Assembly (NCBI GenBank): GCA_977020255.1
Contig: CDROCS010001674.1
Coordinates: 62,001-126,000, forward strand
DNA: 64,000 nt
Reading direction: 5' to 3'
Source: Obrimoposthia wandeli
Taxonomy: Eukaryota
Below are positions 1-10,860 of the stretch, one piece after another. The translations under genes were made by a program, and so were the position numbers. The notes under the pieces were generated by a model, which was given only the letters and a program-made list of their open reading frames with translations, did no database searches and was not told where the DNA came from. Position 1 is the first letter of the stretch. Every line of letters begins with the position of its first letter.

Positions 1-445
<445 letters not shown>

Positions 446-485
446 TTATTTTGAGAATATGAGCAGCGAGAAAAAATAAAAATAA

Positions 486-1103
486 TTAACTGCGAGCCAA
501 TAAAATCTTGGCTTGCTCAACCATTTGCTTCCGGCCGAAAATTAAATGACGACGCTTACCACCGACCTGACGCCATAGCACTGCACCACGAACAGCGGCA
601 AGTAATAACGCTCGCACTTTATGCTGTACTTGTTGCTGTTGAAGATGTGCTGGCGCACCTGTTACCTGAATACGAGGACCAAGAGGGCTGATAATATCAA
701 GGTAAATACTGGCGATATTGCTAACCATTTGATCGTCTAATAAATCAAAATGATCTTTCTGACGAATGATGACATCAATGCGGTCACCAAGTTGACCCAT
801 GCTATCGCGTCGACCTGATAATTTACGTTCAAGTGCCATCACACTCACTAAGTAGCGAGTAATTTCACTGCCTGTTGGTGAGCTATCGATTTCTTGCGAT
901 AAGGTTTCAAGACCAAGTCGTAGATTGCTCTCGTTACCATAAATCTCAATGGTATTGGAAGGGTTTGTTACAGTAATACTGTTCAAACAAGCTTCTAAAA
1001 TTTCGCGATCACAGTTGCCATTTTGTGCAACTAGCTGAACCAACTTAACTGCTTGGCAGATGCTGGCAAACGCGATTGTTCGGTCATATAAGGTATGTGC
1101 CAC
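486..1103 (-). CDS. hflD: High-frequency lysogenization protein HflD
   Basis: 205 aa; [13 protein letters not shown] start and [25 protein letters not shown] end; GTG start behind AAGGAG; between mnmA and purB. Confidence 0.95.
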   Translation of the reverse strand: MAHTLYDRTIAFASICQAVKLVQLVAQNGNCDREILEACLNSITVTNPSNTIEIYGNESNLRLGLETLSQEIDSSPTGSEITRYLVSVMALERKLSGRRDSMGQLGDRIDVIIRQKDHFDLLDDQMVSNIASIYLDIISPLGPRIQVTGAPAHLQQQQVQHKVRALLLAAVRGAVLWRQVGGKRRHLIFGRKQMVEQAKILLARS

Positions 1104-1117
1104 GGGTGACGACTCCT

Positions 1118-2233
1118 TTAGATTCGCTGCTCAATAATACCGCCGCCTAAACAAATCTCATCACTGTAGAAAACAGCTGATTGACCTGGTGTAACCGCGA
1201 TTTGAGGTTGATCAAAAATAACTTTGATATTCTCATCATCGATAGGGATGATGGTACAAGGGATATCTTCTTGACGGTAACGGGTTTTCACGGTGCATGT
1301 TATTGGTTCACGAATTGGTTGACGGTCTACCCAATCTAATTGAGATGCCACTAAACCATTCGATTTTAGGCGAGGGTGGTCTTTACCTTGACCGACAATC
1401 AATACATTACGTTTAAGGTCTTTATCGACTACGTACCATGCATCTTCAAGACCATTTCCGCCTTTTTGGCCACCAATATGTAGCCCTTTACGCTGGCCTA
1501 ATGTGTGGTACATCAAACCTTGATGTTCACCGATAACTTTTCCTTCATCAGCCGTTTCAATTTTACCCGGCTGTGCTGGAAGGTATTTACCTAAAAATTC
1601 AGTAAACTTACGTTCACCAATAAAGCAAATACCCGTTGAATCTTTTTTCTTCGCTGTGATCAAGTCTTGCTCTTCAGCGATACGGCGTACTTCTGGTTTT
1701 TCCAATTCACCGACAGGGAATAGGCTACGAGCAATTTGTTCATGGCTCAGAGTGTACAAGAAGTAGCTTTGATCTTTGTTGCTATCGACACCGCGTAGCA
1801 TTTTAGGCTTTTCGCCTTCAGCTGTAGGGAAACTACGACGTGTGTAGTGACCCATTGCAATGTAATCCGCTTCTAGAACTTCATCGGCAAATTCTAAAAA
1901 CGCTTTAAATTTGATCTCTTTGTTACAAAGGATATCCGGGTTTGGAGTACGACCTGCTTTGTATTCAGCTAAGAAATATTCGAATACGTTATCCCAGTAC
2001 TCTGCTGCAAAGTTAATGGTATGAAGGTGGATACCCAATTTGTCACATACAGCTTGTGCATCAGCGAGATCTTCTGCGGCAGAGCAGTATTCTTCGTTAT
2101 CGTCTTCTTCCCAGTTCTTCATGAACAAACCTTCAACCTGGTAACCCTGTTGAAGTAGTAAGTAAGCTGATACCGATGAATCAACGCCGCCGGACATGCC
2201 GACAATGACTTTTTTCTGGCTGTTATCTGACAT
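1118..2233 (-). CDS. mnmA: tRNA 2-thiouridine(34) synthase MnmA
   Basis: SGGVDS PP-loop, [27 protein letters not shown]; start moved to ATG 2233 (MSDNSQKK) behind GAAGAG. Confidence 0.97.
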   Translation of the reverse strand: MSDNSQKKVIVGMSGGVDSSVSAYLLLQQGYQVEGLFMKNWEEDDNEEYCSAAEDLADAQAVCDKLGIHLHTINFAAEYWDNVFEYFLAEYKAGRTPNPDILCNKEIKFKAFLEFADEVLEADYIAMGHYTRRSFPTAEGEKPKMLRGVDSNKDQSYFLYTLSHEQIARSLFPVGELEKPEVRRIAEEQDLITAKKKDSTGICFIGERKFTEFLGKYLPAQPGKIETADEGKVIGEHQGLMYHTLGQRKGLHIGGQKGGNGLEDAWYVVDKDLKRNVLIVGQGKDHPRLKSNGLVASQLDWVDRQPIREPITCTVKTRYRQEDIPCTIIPIDDENIKVIFDQPQIAVTPGQSAVFYSDEICLGGGIIEQRI

Positions 2234-2269
2234 ATTTCTCTTCAGTCGCAATTTAGTGTTAAGAGCGTA

Positions 2270-2278
2270 ATTCTAACA
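2270..2278 (-). promoter_or_regulatory. Candidate extended -10 promoter of mnmA (TGTTAGAAT)
   Basis: TGnTAGAAT on the minus strand about 37 nt upstream of the ATG. Confidence 0.5.
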
Positions 2279-2598
2279 GAAAGCTATCTGCCGAAACAGA
2301 CCGAGAACAGAATCACACTTTAATAATTTAATCGTTTTTTTTCATGGCTGAGACAAATTTGTTTCATTGTGTAAAAAGAACAGAGAAATTGACAATATGC
2401 TGTATGTAAATGATTTTATTTTGTTAAACGTATTGCTTTATTTTTTAATAAAGCAATCGTTTGCTATTTTCGAGCAATAATAGTGTAAGTCTGCGGGAAT
2501 GTGTAGCTTTTTATCATGGGTTTGATGACAAATTGTGTCAGTTATAAATTGGTCGCAGGAGCGACCAATTTATAGGATAACGGCTTGAAATAGAGAGT

Positions 2599-3249
2599 TT
2601 AGCGCGTTTTTGACTCAGGTAGCGTTACTTCACGCCATTCACCAGGCGCTAAGTCATCAACCGTCCAATCTGCCATTTTATAACGAATTAGACGTAATGT
2701 AGGAAACCCGATATGAGCCGTCATACGACGTACTTGCCGGTTTCGTCCTTCGCGCAGGGTAAGTGCAAGCCATGTGGTTGGAATATTTTTTCGTTCACGA
2801 ATAGCTGGTGTACGATCCCAAATTTCAGGCTGTTCCATGCGTTCGATATCGGCTGGTAATGTTAGCCCATCTTTCAACGTAACACCTTTACGAAGCTGCT
2901 CCAAATCGTCATCACTTGGCGAACCTTCAACTTGAACCCAATAGGTTTTAGGCTGCTTAGATTGCGGTTGTGTTAAACGTGCTTGAAGAATGCCATCATT
3001 AGTTAAAACCAATAAGCCTTCGCTGTCTTTATCCAGCCGCCCAGCAGGGTAAATATCTTTGATAGATATATAATCTGCCAGTGTTTTATCATCGGGTTCA
3101 CCCGAAAATTGAGTCAACACATTGAAGGGTTTGTTAAATAATATGATCTTTTGCGGTCCGCGAGGTCGCTTCGGGTTTGATAGTTTTCTTGATGCTCGAC
3201 GCTCATTATTAGCACGTTGAGGTTGACGAAAAGGGGTATTTGGCTTCAT
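2599..3249 (-). CDS. rluE: 23S rRNA pseudouridine synthase E (RsuA family)
   Basis: GRLDKDSEGLL catalytic motif, EGRNRQVRRM; divergent from icd as in other gammaproteobacteria. Confidence 0.9.
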   Translation of the reverse strand: MKPNTPFRQPQRANNERRASRKLSNPKRPRGPQKIILFNKPFNVLTQFSGEPDDKTLADYISIKDIYPAGRLDKDSEGLLVLTNDGILQARLTQPQSKQPKTYWVQVEGSPSDDDLEQLRKGVTLKDGLTLPADIERMEQPEIWDRTPAIRERKNIPTTWLALTLREGRNRQVRRMTAHIGFPTLRLIRYKMADWTVDDLAPGEWREVTLPESKTR

Positions 3250-3389
3250 AAATAGCTGCTGTACTGGGGATTAGTAAATCGACATGCTTATTATACGCGA
3301 AAATAACAGTATTGGCGTGTCGATAAATTTTCGAGTATGATTTGCGCGCATCTTACAAAAAGATAACAAATGGACGCTAGGAGATTTAA

Positions 3390-4643
3390 ATGGATAGTAA
3401 AGTAGTTGTACCAGTAGAAGGTCAGAAAATCACATTGGATTCTGAAGGTAAACTGGTCGTTCCTAACAACCCGGTAATCCCATACATTGAAGGTGATGGT
3501 ATCGGTGTTGATGTAAGCCCTGCAATGATCAAAGTTGTCGATGCGGCAGTAAAGAAAGCTTATGCAGGTGATCGCAAGATTGAGTGGATGGAAATCTACA
3601 CAGGTGAGAAATCAACTCAAGTTTACGGCGAAGATGCATGGCTACCGCAAGAAACTTTAGAATTCATTCGTGAATACAAAGTCGCAATCAAAGGTCCACT
3701 AACAACTCCAGTTGGTGGCGGTATTCGTTCTCTAAACGTTGCTTTACGTCAAGAACTTGATTTATACATTTGTGTACGTCCTGTTCGTTATTTTGATGGC
3801 GTACCTAGTCCAGTTAAACGTCCAGATCTAACAGACATGGTAATTTACCGTGAGAACTCTGAAGATATCTATGCTGGCGTTGAATATCAAGCTGGCACTG
3901 CAGAAGCAGATAAAGTCATTAAATTTCTACAAGATGAAATGGGCGCAACTAAAATCCGTTTCACACAGCAATGTGGTATCGGTATTAAGCCGATTTCAGA
4001 GGAAGGCACTAAGCGTTTAATTCGCGCAGCACTTAAGTACACAATTGATAACGACCGTGACTCGCTAACGCTTGTACACAAAGGTAATATCATGAAGTTT
4101 ACTGAAGGTGCCTTTAAAGATTGGGGTTACGAAGTTGCTCTACAAGAGTTTGGCGCTGAGTTATTGGACGGTGGTCCATGGATGACGCTTAAAAATCCAA
4201 TCACTGGCAAAGAGATCGTAATCAAAGATTGTATCGCAGATGCATTCTTACAGCAGATCCTACTTCGCCCAGCTGAGTACGATGTCATTGCGACCATGAA
4301 CCTTAACGGTGACTACGTTTCTGATGCACTAGCTGCACAGGTTGGTGGTATCGGTATTGCACCTGGTGCAAACATCGGTGATGGTGTTGCATTGTTTGAA
4401 GCAACTCACGGTACTGCACCTAAGTATGCTGGACAGGATAAAGTAAACCCAGGTTCACTTATTCTTTCTGCTGAAATGATGCTTCGTCATATGGGCTGGC
4501 TTGAAGCTGCTGATTTGATCATCAGTTCAATGGAAGCAGCAATCAGTAATAAGACTGTGACTTATGACTTCGAACGCCAAATGGAAGGTGCTACCTTACG
4601 TAAGTGTTCAGAGTTTGCAGATGACATGATTGAACACATGTAA
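3390..4643 (+). CDS. icd: NADP-dependent isocitrate dehydrogenase, homodimeric E. coli type
   Basis: 417 aa; [45 protein letters not shown]. Confidence 0.98.
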   Translation: MDSKVVVPVEGQKITLDSEGKLVVPNNPVIPYIEGDGIGVDVSPAMIKVVDAAVKKAYAGDRKIEWMEIYTGEKSTQVYGEDAWLPQETLEFIREYKVAIKGPLTTPVGGGIRSLNVALRQELDLYICVRPVRYFDGVPSPVKRPDLTDMVIYRENSEDIYAGVEYQAGTAEADKVIKFLQDEMGATKIRFTQQCGIGIKPISEEGTKRLIRAALKYTIDNDRDSLTLVHKGNIMKFTEGAFKDWGYEVALQEFGAELLDGGPWMTLKNPITGKEIVIKDCIADAFLQQILLRPAEYDVIATMNLNGDYVSDALAAQVGGIGIAPGANIGDGVALFEATHGTAPKYAGQDKVNPGSLILSAEMMLRHMGWLEAADLIISSMEAAISNKTVTYDFERQMEGATLRKCSEFADDMIEHM

Positions 4644-4673
4644 TTGTAAATCTCTTACTCTGTAAGATATTTG

Positions 4674-4702
4674 AGGCTCAGCTTAGGCTGGGCCTTTATT
4701 TT
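4674..4702 (+). terminator. Intrinsic terminator of icd
   Basis: AGGCTCAGC-TTAG-GCTGGGCCT followed by TTATTTT. Confidence 0.8.
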
Positions 4703-5068
4703 ACTACACTCTTTTCTTTCTATCGCTTTTAAATCTCGATGCTTTCCTGACCATAGTGCTGCTGCATATTAAAGCAGTTCACTTGTAAGTTATGAAGATA
4801 TAAAGCTAATCAGTGCGTTTACTCTCAATTCTTCTTTTATCTGCTTTGTCTCGATTTGCTCTTGTCCTTTTTTCGCCTATGATAGACGTATATGATGATT
4901 CTCTAAGAGGAACATTAACCAATATTTGTTAATAGCATTGTTAATAAGATGTGTTGGAGGCTATTCATTTTTTATTCATGAGAATTTATGTTCATTTGAA
5001 TGGAAAATAAGAATGGCTGATGTAGGTATGATTAATCAGGTGAGTGGGTAGGCAAGCGGTATTTCAAT

Positions 5069-5094
5069 AAAAAAGGCGAGTAAATGCTCACCTT
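5069..5094 (-). terminator. Intrinsic terminator of cspD
   Basis: Minus strand AAGGTGAG-CATTTA-CTCGCCTT followed by a T run. Confidence 0.75.
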
Positions 5095-5121
5095 AGAAAT
5101 TGATGCGATAGTTTTCAGTGA

Positions 5122-5343
5122 CTATTTTGCAAGTTCACCTTCAACTGGAATGATCTCGCTAGCATGGTGACCTTTAGGCCCTGTTTGAATCTCATAGTTA
5201 ACCTGTTGGCCGGCTTTGAGAGTTCGATATCCATCCATTTGAATAGTTGAATAGTGCGCAAAAATATCGCCTTCACCCTCTTCTGGGCAGATAAAACCAA
5301 AACCTTTGGCGTTATTAAACCATTTAACTGTACCTGTTGCCAT
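5122..5343 (-). CDS. cspD: Cold-shock domain protein CspD
   Basis: GTVKWFNNAKGFGFI and DIFAHYSTIQMDGYRTLKAGQ; divergent from clpS. Confidence 0.95.
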   Translation of the reverse strand: MATGTVKWFNNAKGFGFICPEEGEGDIFAHYSTIQMDGYRTLKAGQQVNYEIQTGPKGHHASEIIPVEGELAK

Positions 5344-5568
5344 GCTTTACATCCCTCTTGCATTCAAGATCCATTTAACTACTAGTGTACAAGGTATTCC
5401 TTTTTTTCTTGCATACTAATGCTGTTTTGATGCAGTTTATATCTACTACAGGTTACACTTTAGTAAAAAAAGCTAGACAGTCAAGTGCATATTGTAACAA
5501 TTTGATAAAATCTTTTTTTTCTGGGCCTAGATATAGCAAGCGCTTGAACTAATGACTAAGATGAGATT

Positions 5569-5889
5569 ATGAGTAAGTTATACGAATGGATTATTCCTGA
5601 GTCAGATGTATTAGATAAGAAAGAGGTTCAGGCTAAACCACCATCGATGTACAAAGTTGTTTTAAACAATGATGATTACACTCCGATGGATTTTGTGATA
5701 GAAGTGTTACAGAAGTTCTTCTCCATGGATTTGGAGCAAGCCACACAGTTGATGCTCAATGTGCATTATGAAGGTAAAGCTATTTGTGGAACTTTCACCG
5801 CTGAAGTTGCCGAAACAAAAGTGGCACAAGTGATGATGCATGCAAGAGAAAATGAACATCCGCTACTGTGTACGATGGAAAAAGCTTAA
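5569..5889 (+). CDS. clpS: Clp protease adaptor ClpS
   Basis: [16 protein letters not shown] and [10 protein letters not shown]; directly upstream of clpA. Confidence 0.97.
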   Translation: MSKLYEWIIPESDVLDKKEVQAKPPSMYKVVLNNDDYTPMDFVIEVLQKFFSMDLEQATQLMLNVHYEGKAICGTFTAEVAETKVAQVMMHARENEHPLLCTMEKA

Positions 5890-5934
5890 TTTTTCCGGCA
5901 CGCCACTTTGGGTGGTATTTAGGGGAGGTGCCTT

Positions 5935-8205
5935 ATGCTAAATAAAGAACTAGAAGCTAGCTTGAATGGTGCATTTGCACGAGCAAGAGAAAAACGTCAT
6001 GAGTTTATGACTGTTGAGCATTTGCTTTTGGCTTTACTCGAGAATGCAGCTGCTCAGGAAGCTCTGCTTGCGTGTCGCGCAAATCTTGATGTATTGCGTA
6101 AAGAGCTCGACTCATTTATCGAGCAAACAACTCCTCTCATTCCTGCTGATGATGAGAGCCGCGAAACGCAACCTACACTGAGTTTTCAGCGTGTACTTCA
6201 ACGTGCCGTTTTTCATGTGCAATCTTCGGGTCGTAGTGAAGTAACGGGGGCTAACGTTCTTGTCGCTATTTTTAGCGAACAAGAATCCCATGCGGCATAC
6301 CTTCTCAAGAAGAGTGATATTAGTCGTCTTGATGTGGTGAATTTTATTTCTCATGGCACTGTGAAAGACAGTGACAATGATGATTTAAATGGTCCAGAGG
6401 TTGGCAGTGAAGAGCCAAGAGCTGAACAGTCGTCTGAAGACAAGCTAGAGAACTTTGCAACGAACCTTAATCAGCTAGCCCGTGCTGGTGGTATTGATCC
6501 GCTTATCGGTCGTGACAGTGAGCTTGAGCGTACTGTTCAGGTACTTTGTCGCCGAAGAAAGAATAACCCTTTGCTAGTGGGCGAAGCAGGTGTGGGTAAA
6601 ACCGCAATTGCTGAAGGGTTAGCATGGCGTATTGTTGAAGGCCAAGTGCCTGATATTATTCAAGACTGTGTGATTTATTCTTTAGATATTGGTTCTTTGC
6701 TTGCAGGCACTAAATATCGAGGTGATTTCGAAAAGCGTTTCAAAGGTATTTTGAAGCAGCTTGAGAAAGAAGATCACGCTGTATTGTTCATTGATGAAAT
6801 TCACACCATTATTGGTGCGGGTGCCGCATCTGGCGGACAGGTGGATGCAGCAAATCTTATCAAGCCATTACTGAGCAACGGTAAGTTACGTTGTATGGGT
6901 TCAACGACCTATCAGGAATACAGCAATATTTTTGAGAAGGAACGTGCATTATCACGTCGCTTCCAAAAAATTGATGTTATTGAACCTTCGTTAGATGATA
7001 CGACGAAGATTTTGATGGGGCTAAAACCTAAGTATGAAGCGCACCACGAAGTTCGTTTTACCAATAAAGCGATTCGTGCCGCTGTGGAACTATCAGCGAA
7101 ATACATTAATGAGCGTCACCTGCCTGATAAGGCTATCGATGTTATCGATGAAGCGGGTGCGCGTTGTCGTTTAGCACCAGCAAGCCGTCGTAAGAAAACC
7201 GTTAATGTTAGCGACATTGAATCGATGATTGCCAAAATGGCACGTATTCCAGAGAAATCTGTGTCTTCAAGTGATCGTGATGTGCTTAAGAAGCTAGATA
7301 GTAAGCTTAAGATGCTAGTATTCGGTCAAGATGATGCCATTGATGTACTAACTGAAGCGATTAAGCTGAGCCGAGCAGGGCTGGGTGCAGAGAATAAACC
7401 GATTGGTTCTTTCTTATTTGCAGGTCCTACTGGTGTGGGTAAAACAGAGGTTACTGTTCAGTTGGCACGTACCATGGGTATCGAACTTCTGCGTTTTGAT
7501 ATGTCAGAGTACATGGAACGCCACACTGTGAGCCGTTTGATCGGTGCGCCTCCTGGATATGTGGGTTATGACCAAGGCGGCCTGCTAACAGATGCGGTAA
7601 TCAAACAACCACACTCAGTGGTATTGTTAGATGAAATTGAAAAAGCGCACCCAGATGTCTTTAATTTGCTGCTGCAGATTATGGATAACGGTACGCTAAC
7701 AGATAACAATGGTCGTAAGGCTGATTTCCGTAATGTCATTTTTGTTATGACAACCAATGCCGGCGTAACGGAAACGGTACGTAAGTCGATTGGTTTGATT
7801 CAGCAAGATCATAGTCATGATGCAATGTCGGAAATTAAGCGTGTATTTACACCTGAATTCCGTAATCGTTTAGACAGTATCATTTGGTTTAATCATCTTG
7901 AGAAGGATGTTATTCATCAAGTGGTTGATAAGTTCATTGTTGAGTTGCAAGCACAACTTGATGCGAAGGGCGTATCAATGGAAGTGTCTGATAACGCACG
8001 TGTTTGGTTAGCTGAAAAAGGCTACGATAAAGCGATGGGTGCACGTCCGATGGCGCGTTTGATTCAAGACCGCTTGAAAAAACCATTAGCGAATGAATTG
8101 TTATTCGGCTGTTTAGTTAACGGTGGTTCGGTACGTGTTGATTACATTAACAATGAATTGGATTTCCAATACAACAGCAACAATGAATTGGAAGCTGCAC
8201 ACTAA
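5935..8205 (+). CDS. clpA: ATP-dependent Clp protease ATP-binding subunit ClpA
   Basis: 756 aa; two Walker A motifs ([16 protein letters not shown]); IGL loop (KSIGLI). Confidence 0.98.
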   Translation: MLNKELEASLNGAFARAREKRHEFMTVEHLLLALLENAAAQEALLACRANLDVLRKELDSFIEQTTPLIPADDESRETQPTLSFQRVLQRAVFHVQSSGRSEVTGANVLVAIFSEQESHAAYLLKKSDISRLDVVNFISHGTVKDSDNDDLNGPEVGSEEPRAEQSSEDKLENFATNLNQLARAGGIDPLIGRDSELERTVQVLCRRRKNNPLLVGEAGVGKTAIAEGLAWRIVEGQVPDIIQDCVIYSLDIGSLLAGTKYRGDFEKRFKGILKQLEKEDHAVLFIDEIHTIIGAGAASGGQVDAANLIKPLLSNGKLRCMGSTTYQEYSNIFEKERALSRRFQKIDVIEPSLDDTTKILMGLKPKYEAHHEVRFTNKAIRAAVELSAKYINERHLPDKAIDVIDEAGARCRLAPASRRKKTVNVSDIESMIAKMARIPEKSVSSSDRDVLKKLDSKLKMLVFGQDDAIDVLTEAIKLSRAGLGAENKPIGSFLFAGPTGVGKTEVTVQLARTMGIELLRFDMSEYMERHTVSRLIGAPPGYVGYDQGGLLTDAVIKQPHSVVLLDEIEKAHPDVFNLLLQIMDNGTLTDNNGRKADFRNVIFVMTTNAGVTETVRKSIGLIQQDHSHDAMSEIKRVFTPEFRNRLDSIIWFNHLEKDVIHQVVDKFIVELQAQLDAKGVSMEVSDNARVWLAEKGYDKAMGARPMARLIQDRLKKPLANELLFGCLVNGGSVRVDYINNELDFQYNSNNELEAAH

Positions 8206-8229
8206 TCCATTACTGAGTTAGCATTAAAT

Positions 8230-8256
8230 AAAAACCGCCCTTGAGGCGGTTTTTTT
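8230..8256 (+). terminator. Intrinsic terminator of clpA
   Basis: AAAAACCGCC-CTTGA-GGCGGTTTTTTT. Confidence 0.85.
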
Positions 8257-8313
8257 ATCTGAATGATGTGCTGTCACCATATTGAAAGAGCAACAGGCCT
8301 TTATCTTCAGATA

Positions 8314-8346
8314 AAATAAAACCTAGCACTTGGCTAGGTTTTATTT
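8314..8346 (-). terminator. Intrinsic terminator of infA
   Basis: 14-bp stem AAATAAAACCTAGC-ACTTG-GCTAGGTTTTATTT just past the infA stop. Confidence 0.8.
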
Positions 8347-8368
8347 GCAGTCTAATCTTGGTGAAAGA

Positions 8369-8596
<228 letters not shown>

Positions 8597-8806
8597 TTAG
8601 GCTACCTGCCATTCATCTGATCGGGCAAGATAATGCCTTGAAACTGTTTGAGTGTAAAGTTTAGGACGCAATTCTACCCTTGCAAGTACACTTTGTCAGC
8701 TTTTGTTGCTGCCTAAAGTCGCTTTTATCTGTTTTTTGCCAAAATACATTCATTTGTCAGTGATGAATTGTTTTAATTTTCTACCAGCTGTTTGTATGGT
8801 GAACAA

Positions 8807-9496
8807 TTATTGCCAGTCGCCCAGTATTAGCTTCTGGTGTGGTTGGAATCTGACTTTGTAATTCATCGCTTTACAGGCATCAATTTGATAACCAGGATAA
8901 AGCCACTTTCGACCCGTCTGCTGACTATATTGAATTTGATAAAGCACGCATAGAGTACCTAAAGATAGCGTGGAATCGGGTTCAAAAAAGCTATATACAG
9001 CACTGAGGGCATTCTTAAATACGTCGGTCACCGCGATGGCAATAAGCTTATCATCCTCGTAGACATGCAAAAACAAAGTATCCATCCATTCAGCGGTACA
9101 AAAATCAAAGAATTGCTCCTTATTCGCAGGGTACATTGAGCCTGTAGAATGGCGTAAACGGATATATTTTTCATACAGTGGAAACCATTCTTCATCGAGT
9201 TGAGCTTTAAACTCCCAGCGGAATTTTTTCATTTGATTTAGCTGGCGCTTTTGGCTCTTAGAGGCGACAAAGTTAGGGCAATCGACACGTAGAGGGGTGC
9301 ATGCACTGCAAAGCTCACACATTGGCTTATAGATAGCTCTGCCACTGCGACGATAACCTGATGAGAGTAATATGTTATAGCCTACAGGTGATAGCCAATG
9401 TTCATCCATGACCACCCCTAGCTGCTCTTGCTCGTTAGGTAGGTAGTTACAATCGGAGTTGGGTGTGAGGCCGATGCGTAAAGAAAGGTTATTCAT
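8807..9496 (-). CDS. bpt: Ate1-like aminoacyl-tRNA-protein transferase (bacterial Asp/Glu leucyltransferase Bpt family)
   Basis: CNYLP, GYRRSGRAIYKPMCELCSAC, SLGTLCVLYQI, WLYPGYQI; directly downstream of aat. Confidence 0.85.
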   Translation of the reverse strand: MNNLSLRIGLTPNSDCNYLPNEQEQLGVVMDEHWLSPVGYNILLSSGYRRSGRAIYKPMCELCSACTPLRVDCPNFVASKSQKRQLNQMKKFRWEFKAQLDEEWFPLYEKYIRLRHSTGSMYPANKEQFFDFCTAEWMDTLFLHVYEDDKLIAIAVTDVFKNALSAVYSFFEPDSTLSLGTLCVLYQIQYSQQTGRKWLYPGYQIDACKAMNYKVRFQPHQKLILGDWQ

Positions 9497-9504
9497 AAAT
9501 CTCT

Positions 9505-10218
9505 TTATTCAATGGGTATTTTGAGCGTTTGAGGAACAAAACTATTCGGTTTAATTATGGCAGCTCTTTGCTGATGCAGCTGTTGCATAAATGGTGCTCG
9601 TGGAATTTCTAGTGCGCCAAGAGACGCCAAATGATTGTTCATCACTTGGCAATCAATTAACGTACCACCACGTTCTGAAAAATGGTGACAAAAAAACCAT
9701 AGCGCAATTTTCGATGCATTATCGGCTAATGAAAACATTGATTCACCACAAAACACCGAACCGATCTGTAAACCATAAAATCCGCCAACGAGTTTATCTT
9801 GATGCCAAACTTCTACCGAATGGCAGTGTCCAAGGTTGTGCATCGTTTGATAAGCTTGGATCATATCTTCGGTGATCCATGTTTCTTCAGGGCTTCGACA
9901 GTCGGCACATTGGCGAATAACGTCATGACAGGCATTATTCAGTGTGATTTGGTATCCTGATTTTCGATAGAATTTTCGTAAGCTCTTGCTGGGCTTAAAT
10001 TCGTTAGGCAAAAAGATGGCACGTGGGGCAGGGCTCCACCATAAAATAGGCTCACCATTAGAGTACCAAGGGAAAATACCTTGGCGGTAAGCCGCAAGCA
10101 AACGTGCAGGCTGAAGATCGCCTCCAAAAGCAAGTAAGCCATTGGGTTCATCAAGTGCGGTTTCAGGTTTCGGGAAAAGAGTATTTTCCGGATCAAGTTC
10201 CGGTAGGTAAATTGCCAT
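9505..10218 (-). CDS. aat: Leucyl/phenylalanyl-tRNA-protein transferase
   Basis: GLLAFGGDL, AYRQGIFPWY, FCGESMFS, NASKIAL, LIDCQ; start moved to ATG 10218. Confidence 0.96.
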   Translation of the reverse strand: MAIYLPELDPENTLFPKPETALDEPNGLLAFGGDLQPARLLAAYRQGIFPWYSNGEPILWWSPAPRAIFLPNEFKPSKSLRKFYRKSGYQITLNNACHDVIRQCADCRSPEETWITEDMIQAYQTMHNLGHCHSVEVWHQDKLVGGFYGLQIGSVFCGESMFSLADNASKIALWFFCHHFSERGGTLIDCQVMNNHLASLGALEIPRAPFMQQLHQQRAAIIKPNSFVPQTLKIPIE

Positions 10219-10297
10219 AAAACTCAATTGTTCTCGTTAAATAGTCTTTAAAAGAATACTTTTTAGTTAAAAATTAGCGTCAATGGAGAAATTATAT

Positions 10298-10756
10298 ATG
10301 AGAAAATTTTTATTGTTACTGCTAATGCTTCCTTTGATCGTAACAGCGGCACCGTATAATCGAAATGAAGCGCGACCAGTAAATGACGTTGTTTTTGGCC
10401 AGATTGAATCTGTTCGTTATATCACCCAACAAGAAGTGATTAATTCACAACGAAACGGCTGGGAAACATTGTTAGGTGGTGTGGTGGGTGGCTTGATTGG
10501 TAATCAATTTGGTGGTGGTACGGGTCGAGAAGTCGCTACCGCGGTAGGTGCTGTTGCGGGGGCCGGTATTGCTCATAATCGCCAGCAAGGACAAACCGTT
10601 GTTGAATATCGTTTAGTTGAAGTGCTGATTAAAACCGATCAAGGTAAGCTCATTGATGTTATTCAAGATGTTGATCAAACCTCAGTGTTTAATCGCGGTG
10701 ACAATGTGCGGATTCTTTACTTCAATGATGGCGTAAGAGTTGATAAAGAATTTTAA
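10298..10756 (+). CDS. Exported glycine-zipper 2TM protein (SlyB/Pcp-like)
   Basis: Signal peptide followed by GGVVGGLIGNQFGGGTGREVATAVGAVAG zipper and a C-terminal GDNVRI motif; GGAG SD before ATG 10298. Confidence 0.8.
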   Translation: MRKFLLLLLMLPLIVTAAPYNRNEARPVNDVVFGQIESVRYITQQEVINSQRNGWETLLGGVVGGLIGNQFGGGTGREVATAVGAVAGAGIAHNRQQGQTVVEYRLVEVLIKTDQGKLIDVIQDVDQTSVFNRGDNVRILYFNDGVRVDKEF

Positions 10757-10796
10757 TCAAGAAAATGTGATTTCATTTTTTATGCAACGAAAATGA

Positions 10797-10823
10797 AAAA
10801 GGCGAGGAATATCCTCGCCTTTT
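10797..10823. terminator. Bidirectional terminator between the glycine-zipper gene and cydC
   Basis: AAAAGGCGAGGA-ATA-TCCTCGCCTTTT. Confidence 0.85.
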
Positions 10824-10860
10824 GCTTATCTCGGTATCGAAACTACGGTCTAAGGTAAAA

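Noticed and set aside
8206-8368. tRNA-Ser (serW) expected between clpA and infA by analogy with E. coli
   Set aside because: The gap holds only two terminator hairpins; no T-loop or cloverleaf is visible.
10026-10033. KOPS octamer GGGCAGGG on the plus strand
   Set aside because: A single instance noticed by eye cannot establish replichore polarity; a full count is needed.
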